Positions 1-11,806 of a DNA stretch of 64,000 nt are shown here, in pieces (position 1 is the first letter of the stretch; every line of letters begins with the position of its first letter). Under the pieces are notes generated by a model, which worked only from the letters and a program-made list of their open reading frames with translations, did no database searches and had not been told where the DNA came from. The DNA is from Adineta vaga. Its lineage: Eukaryota > Animalia > Rotifera. Both the position numbers and the translations under genes were made by a program. The stretch covers positions 10,602,001 through 10,666,000 of the forward strand of contig CP075496.1 in the NCBI GenBank assembly GCA_021613535.1, written 5' to 3'.

Positions 1-382
1 TCATATTCAAATTAGTATATGAACGAATAGGTATTCTTTAAAGAGAAAAAAACATTAAGTTTATATCGAAAGATGTATTCTATATTAACTTCAATTGCAA
101 AAAAAAATACAACTCGATTACATGATTGATACGTTCAATCTTCCCAAATTCAAATACAAATATACTGTTCTACCACAAAGATATATATACAAACAAATTC
201 ACGAAAAAAAAACACATAAGAATTCTGTTCAATAGTTCATCACTCATTAAGTCATCGTCTCTTTCCAATTTTCATCTCTATGGAATACGATCTGATAGTT
301 AAATTCTGATTTTATGGTCGAAATAAAATATAATTCTATCAAAGCACGTAACTGACATTTTCTGTTATGATATAAAAACTAT

Positions 383-943
383 TTACACCATATCTTCATC
401 ACTTTGTCCAATACGTGTTCGTTGTTCTGATGGTGATGAATTGTAACGATAACTTTGCTGTTTATTATCGAAATAATCATTTATTGACGGCTTTGTTTCA
501 TCAACTTCTGTAATACCACCACCACCCAATAAAAACTCATCATCTGGTGTTAATTGTTCAAATTCATTTGCATAGAGATCTTCAGCAGTTGGTCGTCGAC
601 ATCCTAATAAATATCCAATAATTCCAACAACAGCGATTATTAAAAACACCATTGCAAAAGCAATCAATACGACAGACCAAAATGGAAAGAAACCTATGTG
701 AAAGAAATGATTATTGAATAAAAGAGAATAATGATAAAAATTACCGCGAAGTAAATAATCAGGATTGACACGATTGAACATATCTGTTCGTCGACTTCCA
801 GACATTTCGTAATGTGTTCGAGCTCCATAACCCAAATCATGTTGTTCTCGTAATTGATCTGGTGTTAAAAACTGACTATCACAGATGATAATAAACGTTA
901 GTAATAATCCTAAGTAGAAATTCATTTTTCGTAACGAAAACAT
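383..943 (-). CDS. Intronless type I single-pass membrane protein of unknown family (186 aa)
   Basis: Continuous ORF with N-terminal hydrophobic signal-like segment (FYLGLLLTFIIIC), one long TM helix (FWSVVLIAF...IIGYLLG) followed by CRR, then an acidic tail. Confidence 0.7.
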   Translation of the reverse strand: MFSLRKMNFYLGLLLTFIIICDSQFLTPDQLREQHDLGYGARTHYEMSGSRRTDMFNRVNPDYLLRGNFYHYSLLFNNHFFHIGFFPFWSVVLIAFAMVFLIIAVVGIIGYLLGCRRPTAEDLYANEFEQLTPDDEFLLGGGGITEVDETKPSINDYFDNKQQSYRYNSSPSEQRTRIGQSDEDMV

Positions 944-2133
944 CAGAGAAATCTTTTATATCTATACAACCTGTTACTGCCTTGACAATCATCATACTCT
1001 GCTAAGAGACCATCAACGAATATGTATGTATATGTATATGAGTAAAAAGAAGTGAAGAAGAAAAAAAAGAACGAGAAATGGGTCACCAAATGTAATTTTC
1101 AATAGGAGCACCAGTGAGAGAAAAGTAAAAATGAAAGAGAAAGAAAGAAAGAAAGAAAAAAAGAATGAAGAACTGAATATTATGAGCTCAAATAAAGCAC
1201 TAAGAAAAACGTCAAAAGAAGAGAATGTGTCGTTTGTCGAAAGAAAAAGAAAAAAACAGAACTATCATTTCTTCTCTTTTTTTTAACATACTGTTACATG
1301 TTCTGTATTTGTCATTCAATATGTCCTTCGCCAAAGAAAGGAAGTGTACACTACACTTTGACCAATAAATGTTATATTTGCATGTGAGATATATATATAT
1401 ATATATTAGATCATTCGCTTTACCGTATAATTAGAAATATTTCAGTTTGATATAATTCACCATAAATCTTAGTTAAATATGAGTTAGAACTCAAATATAA
1501 TGCTTCAGAGATCATAGAATTCTTTAGATAGCACTTTTAATCTTAGATTACCAAGAAAAACAATCAATCAACTCGTTCATCATCCCCATTCGGCTCTTCA
1601 TATTCACACACACAGAAATACCCATAATATTAAATCAAAATCGTTTTCATACGTATACACAAAGAAAAAGGAAAATAGTAATAAAATACAAGACACACTC
1701 TAATACATCTGTCTAATCATACGCGAAACTGCGTACATGGATGATAATAATATTAATAATAATAGTAATGAAGAAGAAACTCATGATGATGATGATGATC
1801 AAGAAATGTAGTAATAGTGAAAAAAGAAACAGAAACAACAAGTAGGTAATACTTTTTCAGAAAAGAAAACAAAGAAAGCAAAACTTCTCATTGTTTCACT
1901 GCTAATAAAGACAAAATGGAAGGAAAAACACACATAAATATGTAGAAACATTATTGAGAAGAAGAAGAAGAAGAAGAGAAAACAAAAAAAAACAAAAATG
2001 ACCGGAAGATGATAAAGAATGGGATTTTGTTTGTACATAAAAAAGAAACCATAATAATTTTTTAGAAAAGATCATACATATCAAATACGATTTAGGTTTT
2101 ATTTTCTTATTTGATAATTTTAAATGAAAGAAT

Positions 2134-4800
2134 CTAACCGTTCCAACCATCATCGAATAAATTAGTTAAATTATGACTCGATTGTGATTGTATTAAACGT
2201 CGATTTGTCGTAGTTGCTGGTGGTGTAACGAGATCATAGAGAAATGTCATCTCACTATTCGTATCGAAATTGTTACCAACTGTTGAATTTGTTGATGTCG
2301 ATGGCGTTGGAATCGATTCAGATTTCATTAATTTCGAACGTCCAGTTGATGGAGTTCCATAATATTGCAAAAGATGATTATGTTGATATGAAGGATGAAG
2401 ATCACAAGCAATTGTACTACTATCAACAATTGTTCTATTATGATGATTTAAATTTGGATCAATATTGACTGTTGGATGAAGAAGACGAATATGTGATAGA
2501 TTATTAGTTAAATAACCTTCGTTTTCATTAAGTGAAATATCATTTAATTCATCATCAATCGTTCGAGGTACAATTAAAACTGAATTTGCTGTTGGTGTCG
2601 CTGATGTAAGTTGATCATATTGTTGATGATTATCCTGAGACAGATTATCTTCCATATCTGTATCAATTGAAGATGCATTTGAATCAAGATCATTTTCTTT
2701 TGAAACTAAATATTTCAAAACAAAACAAATTATATGTTCATATAAATTCATCTGTTTTTCTTCTTTCAGTTATAACCACAAAAGGCTGTGTGCAGTAGCA
2801 ATATGATTAATTAACATTCATTTCCATTGATATGTAAAATAAAGAAGCATGCAGAGATAAGGAAACACGAGTTACAAAGTGTAATATATATATATATATA
2901 TGCAGACAAAGATGAAATATCTTACTTGAATTACTCGGTGATGATGATGTCGTATTGGCATTTGACTGTGTTGATTTCGTCGTTGTAGATATCACCGCCT
3001 CCTGACAATCATCCCGATATCTATCTGAACTCAAGAAACTACAAATATTGTCGCGATAAGTTTATTCTCATATTCTCAAAAATTCTCTTTCAATAGAAAT
3101 ATATATATCCCAACACCTTCTTTAAATCTCAGTACTATTTCTAACCTACTTGACTATTTAATATGTACACACATACACATATATTAAAGAAGCACTTACT
3201 CAAAAGCATTTCATTAATAAGATCATCAACTTGTCTGGTATCTTGATTATAACGTGCAACAAGATCAACCATTAGTCGAGCTGTATTTTGTAAAGGTGGT
3301 AACAATAATAATAGTGCACCAAAACGTCCACGCATCAATGGTCGTTGTTGATTAATATATGTTTCAAGATTAACTTGTATACGTCGACGTAATTCTTTCA
3401 CACGTATTGGATCGGATAAAGATTTATTATCTTGAAAAACAAACATGTTCAATAATTACAAAAAAAAAGAATTTCATTCAATAGATAAATACAAACCATT
3501 ATCAAAAAAGACGATTGCTTTCAAACAAGCATATTCTTTTTCATCTAATTGATTTTCTTTTAATGGTTTAACAATTTCATCAATAATTCGTGCAGCTGCA
3601 CGACTTAAACCTGGATCAGAAGCGTTTCGTGGTATAACATAATGATTGCCTAATAGTAAATAATCATCACAGTTCAATGAACGACATGCAACACCCAAGA
3701 TGAGATTTTCGCCTGTATGACCACGTAATAGAGCAATCTAAAACATTTTCAAATAACTCTATAAAAACGAAATCAATACAAATTTTCTTATTTAATACCT
3801 TATCATTGTCAGATAGTTCAACAAAACCTTTTAAATCTTTGGCCCATTCAATCAAACTACGAAGTTGATAATTCATCGATATACCAATTGTTTCTAATGT
3901 AGCTTGAACACGTTCCGTATCCGATGGTTGGCGATCAAATTGAAATTGTCGACCAATATACTACAAAAAAAGATATAAAATGTAATGGAAAACATGTCTA
4001 TTTAACATACTTCTTGAGCTGTTTTTTCTGCTCTTAAAAGTGCTGTAACACTTAAGTCATCATCATCCTCATCAATATCACCAGTAAGATGTGAATTAAG
4101 TTTAATATTATTCATTCCATAGTTATGATTATGACTACGTTGTCTTCCAAGACGATCTCTTTCTTTTTGTACCGCTAAAATATTAGTATCAATAGAAATC
4201 AGAATACTATTATTTTATTGATATTTACCATCTTTTTTCATACCCATTCGAATACATTTTCTAAATAATACAAACGATATGTTTAAATCAATAAACAAAA
4301 TCCAACATACTTCCATCGACAATGTCGACATTGATTACGTTTATCTTTATCAATCGTACAATTATTTTGATGACGACATTCATAAACAGGATTTTTTCGA
4401 ACACTTCGTCGAAAAAATCCTTTACAACCATCACATGATATTGCTCCATAGTGTTTTCCTAAATAAAATACAAAGTTAACCAATTAAACATCGCATGTTT
4501 TTTCTTTCCATCTAACCTGTAGCTCGATCACCACAAACGACGCAATCCAAACTTTCAGAATTATTTCCAAATGTATTATTTGTCATTGAATGTAAACCCA
4601 TCGTCATTGTTTCTGGTATACCACCAATAGCATCTTGAAAACCAAGAGTTTGGTCATCGAATTCACATTTAATAGTCACTGGTTCGCTTATATCTTCGTT
4701 TCCAGCAGTACGTCGCACTAAATAAATAAAGCAGCTGATATGATACTAGATGAGGAAAACCCCATTGAAACTACACATTTGAATTATCATTCAATGCCAT
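2134..4800 (-). CDS. HNF4: Nuclear receptor HNF4 (NR2A), multi-exon; first exon/start uncertain
   Basis: Spliced exons give [32 protein letters not shown]...[24 protein letters not shown] (HNF4 DBD) and the LBD motifs [45 protein letters not shown]. Downstream exons (~2926-3024 and 2134-~2706) join in phase. Confidence 0.93.
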
Positions 4801-6995
4801 GTTTAAATCATGCACGTGATGCGTGACACCTACTGCTATGTATATATGTATTTCTTTCTGATTGAATGATGAGTAGGTTGAAATAGACGAAATGAAAGAA
4901 CGAAAAAGATAAGAAGACGAAAATAATCGTTAGTCAAAAATGCAACAGATAATAAAACATGAGTTTATTTTTCCTTTTGTTTCACGCGGTAGCTGCGTGT
5001 TATATTGAACAAATAGAAAATATGTTTGACAATGTGTCGAGAACAGGAAGAAGCCGAAAGGTATGGTAGTCGTGATTAAGTTCTCATTTCTTTCTTCATC
5101 ATTTATGCTCTTACTTTCTCTTTATCTTCTGCTAAGTATTGACGCCGCCAGTGTCTAAAACTGCACAAACGTGTTTCCTATTTTGTAATGGTTGGTTTTT
5201 TAATAGACGTATCGAGTCTTTATCTCTTTTTTCAAAAAATTCTTCCGTTGCGTATATACTTTTCAAGCATGAATAAATACAGAATACAGAAACAGATTGT
5301 TTTGTAAACGATGAAAAAAACGAAAGAAAAGGACAAATTTCGTATACTCGTACGTCTAACCTTTCGCTGGTTATTACTTTAGATACACACATAATATAAC
5401 ATTCAGTTTGAGACACATTAATTTTACCTGAAGATGCCATCGATGATAATAGTAAATATTTAAATCATAATCGACAATCTAAATAAAGAGAATATGCAAT
5501 TTCGAAAATAATATTTTATATTCTTGATAATCAATCAAGTATGTCTAATAATCTCAATTGATTCTCATTAAAATAGTTTTCATTTAGGTACATTGTGCGA
5601 TTTGAAGAGAAACTAATTATCTTAAAAATAATATATTTCATGTCAACCGTCTGGAATGTTATTCAAAAATGTTTATGTACTCAGCGAGCAGAAATCTTCT
5701 TGAGCACATCGTCACATTTACTCAATAGAATCACAAAAATTCTTTTTGAAATGATCTTGATTAAAATAAGATATCTTAGCTACAAGGAAAATTTGTTTTC
5801 ACCTTCTGAAATCGACTTTTTCAAACTAGAAAGCGTGGGAAAATCCTAACTAGAAACCATTGCTCTCTCAATCTAATACTCATATTCAATGAATATGTTA
5901 TTTTTATTGATAAAACACAAAAACAAATCTATACTATTTGGTATATCATTGATAAATTCTGTGCAATTGTTTTCATCGATGCTTTGACAATAGAAAAACG
6001 CCTTGGAATTCATTCTCATATATTTCTTATAATCACGTGTGGAAGAAAATTCTTCTAAACAGAATAATCCAAACTGGAAGGAATGATAAGTATTTTTATA
6101 ACTAGATATCATACCTATTTTAAAAAGTATAATGAAAGATCTACGGTAAGAACGTACTCTAAGAAGAAAAAGAATAATAATTGTCTAATAAACAAATTAA
6201 AAACATTTCCATCGTCTTTATTTTCATCTCAACAAGATCAAACTTTATGATGAACTAAAATACTGATTTATATTTGTCATGCTTAATACCAGTAGAAATA
6301 GCATTTTAATCTTCTCCAAAGAATTTACCGAACAATAAATACAACTTGCATTTTGATGAATTTATCATCTGAAAAATAATTATTCACTGGATACAAAACT
6401 GTCTATTTTATTTCAAGACTTCACTCGTTCAATTTGATAGAGATTTCGAGATAAAAATCGTTTTTGCGAAATGTTAATACACTTATTTGACCTCGTTTAT
6501 TTTGTTGCTTACCTTAAAATAGATTAGAAAATTAGAACATAGATAGTAAAGAAAAGAAAGTAATAGGTTTCGATAATAAAACAAATGAAACAATCAGAAA
6601 TAATCTCGAAGAATTGAATGATAAATTTCAATTTCTTGAATTGAAATCTTAAAGAAAAAATACCAACTATTTATCAATGATTATTACTTTTGATTAATAT
6701 TGTTTATTTCTATTAGCGACATCTATCAACAAATGAATAACAACAATAAAAATAGGTAAAATGAATTCTAAAAATCATTTAAATTAATTTCATTATTTCA
6801 TGAAAATTTATTTACTTTTTTTCTTCGACACCATTGTAAACGAAAATGAGCCTTTGCATTGACGTGCCTTTGTTTACCGATGATCCATTAATACTAACAT
6901 CGAAATCTCTATTTCTTCTCAACGTTCTTCCGGTTTCAATAAAAAAGAAAAAATTTTCTCATATCAGAACTCTTAATTTCTGATATTTAATCATA

Positions 6996-9662
6996 ATGAC
7001 AACAAATTGTCCATCATTTGTTCGACATCAATCACTTGAAGCAACTCAAGTAATTCCATTATTTGATTCAACTACAACAACATTCACATCAACGCCACCA
7101 TTTAAACCGAAAGCTGGCGAAGTTTACGTGATGAAACTCGATATTGGTCATGAAAGTAAGTTTCAATTCCGATGAATACCTTTGTTCATCCGCTCGAGTC
7201 GAAAATTTTTATGAATAAAATCTGGAATCATCTTGGAAACAAAACAAAGGTATATCACGGATAGTTGATTGAGATTTTTGTTTATCATAGATGATTGGCG
7301 CAGTGATGGTTATCGTTGGGTTCAAATAGCTGCACGACGTTTACCAACACATAATCCCGTTATAAAAAAATGTTATTTTCATGCTGGTCAAAAAAATAAG
7401 AAGAAAAGTAAAGATTTTGAAAAGCAAGCATTTGTTTCATTGGTTGATCCGTCCAAAGTTGTTGTACAATATCTTGGTGATGAAAATGTTGCTGAAGAAT
7501 TTCCACATGGTAATTCAAAGAAAAATACTAAACCTTTCTTTCGTACACGTCCATCATTATTAAATAAATTAATATCTGAAGCAGCAACGAACGCAGAAAC
7601 AGCACAAATATTTAAACAATATACTGCAAATAATTCTAATGAACATGATGATGTTGATGAAGATGATGATGATGATGAAGGATCTACAGTTAACAATTCT
7701 ATGGAAGCTGAAGAAACAGTTGATGATACAGATCAAAAGAAATCTTCGATTATTAAAAATGAACCAAAAAAACCGAGAGTTGGTCCTGAAGTTCTCTCTC
7801 AACCACGTAATATTGAACAAATAAGAAATGTTAAACGACGCTTAGCACGTCGTCTCGTTGCATCAGCTGATGAAATCTCTGAATTATATCGTTTTGCACG
7901 TGAAACACCAAATTATATTGTTCGTTTTACATTAATACCAAATATTGTTGCTATTGCTTTTTCCAATGAGTCCATGCATGAATTTAATTTATTATTAGAT
8001 CATCCAGATCTTTTATCTCAACAACAAGTTCTTATAACATTTGATTCAGCATATACAATCAATGCATTTCATGTAACATGTGTGTTTTATCGACATATTG
8101 CAATGAAAGAAGAACCATGTATTTTACTTGGTAAGATTTATTAATTAACAAATTTATGATGGAATTATACATATATATATATATATGCAAAATTTTCTTC
8201 TGTATAGGTTGTGCATTACATAATCGTCGATCAGATGATGTTTATGAATATATTTTAACACATTTAAAACAACAATGTCCAAATATTGAATCACGTTGTT
8301 TATTTATTATTGACAGTGAAGGAAATACATTAAAAAATAATTATTTATCCATCTTTCTTCCACATCTACGTATAATACATACATGGAATTATGTGTTTTC
8401 ACAATTACGTGCGTGGCTATTACAAAATGGTCGAACACAAGCAGATTATCAATTTTATAATGCCGAATTGAAATCGTTATTATTATGTGCTGATATGTTA
8501 ACATTTACACGTTTATACGATCGATGTAAATCGAATTGGACACAAGAATTTCGAACATATTTTGAACAAATTATTTTACCATTAGTAGATACTGATCTCG
8601 GTTCGTGGGTATTGAAAAAATATGATTTATTTGATGCTTATTCAGGAATCAAAGGATTGATTTGTGAACCAATGCAATCTGTGGTATGTCAAATTTAATA
8701 TTTTAGATTCTATTGTTTTTTTCTCTCTTCTCTCTTCTCTTTTAATATAGGCCGCTCAATTACGTGATTGGCGTGAGTCTCGTTTTGACAGCGGTGCCAT
8801 GGCATTTTATTGGTTACAAATGTATTTTGTTCAACAAATACGAAAGTCCTATTCTCGTCTTGGTGGTATCTATACATTAAAACAAGGTATCTATGAAAAA
8901 TGGGCTATGAATGCAGTCACATCGAGTGCGGCACATGAACCCATCAAAGCTTTGATACCAGAAAAAATTGTTGAACATGTTCGAGCCAAAGTGATTATTT
9001 CATCAGTACATCATCCGCATTTACAAGCAAAACGTAGTGGTGAACAACAAATTCTAACATTATCACCTGTGAAAAGACTTAAAACAACTACATTTGATGG
9101 TACACAACATCATCATCATCAACCATGTATTATTGCCACAACAACAACAACACCACATCAAGTTACCACAGCTGATTTGAAAGCAACATTACTTGCTGCT
9201 GCAGCAGCAGCTCAACAACAACCAAGAACAATGACGGTAAGTCACACTCAGTCAAATACAAGAAAAAGAAGATTTTATATCCATTTCCTTTAAATAATTT
9301 AGATCCGCCGAATTGCTGCAACAACTAGTCCACAGCATCAACATCAGCATCAACAGCAACATCAACAGCAACAGACAACATTTCGTCTTACAACTGCGCC
9401 TTCGACATCATCTACTCAACAACCGCAACAGTTTATTATTACAACAGCTGGTACAGCTCTACCATTGACACAAACGACGACTACGACAACAGGATTAGTT
9501 GATGATTCGTCTATGTATGATGATGGTACAGCAGATTTAAGTGGTTGTTTAGTGACGACTTCATCACAAACACAAAATTCAACTACGACACAAACACGCT
9601 CATCATTTGTTCGTCCTTCCCTGCCGACAAATGTTCTTCGATTGACAGTTGTACGCAAATGA
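6996..9662 (+). CDS. MULE/Mutator-like transposase-derived protein with N-terminal CG-1-like DNA-binding region and Q/T-rich tail (5 exons)
   Basis: ATG 6996 is preceded by an in-frame stop. PPFKPKAGEVY...DWRSDGYRW is CG-1-like. LITFDSAY, LFIIDSE, IHTWNY and ICEPMQSV fall at the D, D, CxxH and E positions of MULE-type transposases. GT-AG introns join in phase. Confidence 0.72.
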
Positions 9663-10176
9663 AAACAAAAACAAATGTTCGTTTTCTTTTCGTTTTTCTT
9701 TTCATTGATCATTGCATGTCTGTATCTTGATGTACAGGTTTAAAACACATTCGTCTGTACATAGGATCAGCTTTACTGTTATTGTTTTTTTTTATATATA
9801 TAAATAAGATGAACAACAAAAATTCATCACATTTATATTCAAATTAGACAGATATTTGTGCATATACATATCAATTGATTACGATCTAAGCTACAATTGA
9901 TCACTATGTGATTTGGCTGTATTTATTTCATTTTATTGTATTTAGGAAATCTTATTCTGATCGTGAACTTATGGTAGATAGTGAATGTAGGTTTTTTCTA
10001 TTTCAATATTTGGATTAAACGTGTTAATTTTTTTTGTTTAAAAAAAACACTTTCAGATATTAATTGATTTAATTTTTATAATAATAAATCTTCAACTGTG
10101 AATGCAACACTAGATTTTGTTCATTTGTTGAAAGGAATTTTTGTCGCATTCATTTAGAAAGATTCGGTTAGTCAGA

Positions 10177-11019
10177 TCAAACAGTACAATAACGGTAATC
10201 ACAGGCTGGTGGTTGCGGTAGCTGATAAACATAAAAATCTTGACATTTAGTCACGGATATTAAGCTGCAATCACTACATGTATTGGTTGAATAAAAATAA
10301 CAGACAATACTTGTAGCTGTAGTAAAGATTGCTGTGGGATACTGTCCGGCGAACCATCCGGTAGCAACAGCACCGCAAGAATTTGGAGGTACAGGCGAAT
10401 TTGCTAATAATGTTCCGGCTGGATCTAGAAAACGAATCCATACTGATGTAGTATTAGTAAATGGTGATTTGTTATCACAAGAATTAATCGATTGTGTATA
10501 AGCAACATTACGTGTGTTATCGATAATTTGTGTGTAATTTATACATTGAAGTGGAGTTTCAGTCGAATAGACATAAGTCGTCGTGGGTGATGATGAACAT
10601 TGTAACGGTGTAGTTGTTGCTGAATTAAATAAAAAATCGATTTACATACAAAGAAACTTCTATAAACTCATCATATACATATACCTGAATTGTTCGTTGT
10701 TGTTGTGCTATATGTCGTGGCAGCCACTATAATAATTCCAGAATTTCGAGTATTGGAAACTAATGAATAAATGGCGATGATTAAGCCTGCTATCGATAAT
10801 AGAGCAATAACAGTAAGAATAAGAAATAATGTCATTAAACATGAACGAATGTTGAATTTTGGAAGACTTGATGATATTGTTTCATCAAAAGTATATGGAT
10901 ACCTAAACATAATACGAAAGAGAACATTTCTTTTTCTTTTAAATCTTTACTTACCGGTAATCTGTACGAGATGGTCGTCCATTGTCATCAATATCGATAT
11001 TGATTGTTGAGATAGACAT
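10177..11019 (-). CDS. Type II membrane protein with Thr-rich stalk and C-terminal UMOD/GP2/OIT3-like D8C cysteine domain
   Basis: Exon 1 MSISTINIDIDDNGRPSRTDYR is spliced to a TM-encoding exon. The last exon encodes WIRFLDPAGT...CGAVATGW...VCY...C...VTKCQDFYVYQLPQPPACDYRYCTV*, which matches the D8C pattern. Confidence 0.78.
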
Positions 11020-11806
11020 GGATCCGTATTTCAAATTATAACTTACAATCGATGCCTTCTTTTGCGTAGAGATGACGAGTAAGTCAATTTAGATAGAAAA
11101 ACTAATTGACTACATACATCAATCACAATCCTATCAATAATGTTAACGAATTTTGTATTCTTCACCAGTACTAACTATATTAAAACAGCTTAATTCAAAC
11201 TGAAGTCAAAATGTAAACACTCATGTTGATTTGCTTCAAATGAAATCTCTTCTCGTTTGATTTTGACTATAGTAAGAAACCTATGAAATGAGAGAGATTT
11301 TTATGTTCACGATAAAAGTCATCAATAGTTAAATAAAGCATTCATTACCTTAATAAAATTTCAAGTACAACATGTTACTAACACCGAAAGTATTTATATA
11401 CCTATTTTGAAGCGTCAAGGTTACAATTAATGATTGACTTTTCAGATGCTTCTATATTTACAATAACAATCAGAAGTGTTGATCGACAATCACAATCATC
11501 GAAAAACGCATCTAGTTATTATACGGAAAATATTACCTGTTTTGAGCTAAACAAGGACATATGAGATGTCACATTTGCTTAAAAAAACATTCGTATAATC
11601 TATACAATGCATTCATTCCTTCTGTGAACGATCGTTACTTTTTATAATTATCCATTCAAAATAAGAGAAATATTCATTTGTGATAACTCTAAATCTTTCT
11701 TTCTTTTTTTTCCCTCCTCACGTTTGTGATGTAAAAACAAAACAATTCAATTCAATCAGTGAACAACTCTGCGAAATTATATATTTGATTAAAAGTAAAA
11801 GAACAA

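Noticed and set aside
1799-2153. Hydrophobic Phe-rich short ORFs
   Set aside because: Translation of the U-rich HNF4 3' UTR; low-complexity artefact.
5470-6750. Possible fast-evolving multi-exon gene on the minus strand between HNF4 and the transposase-derived gene (includes ORF 5873-6112)
   Set aside because: Splice-like sites exist, but I could not build a phase-consistent, stop-free model or recognise any motif.
6996-9662. Active DNA transposon
   Set aside because: No TIRs or TSDs noticed, the CxxH motif is lost and no SWIM finger is present, so it is treated as a derived gene. A computational repeat search is still needed.
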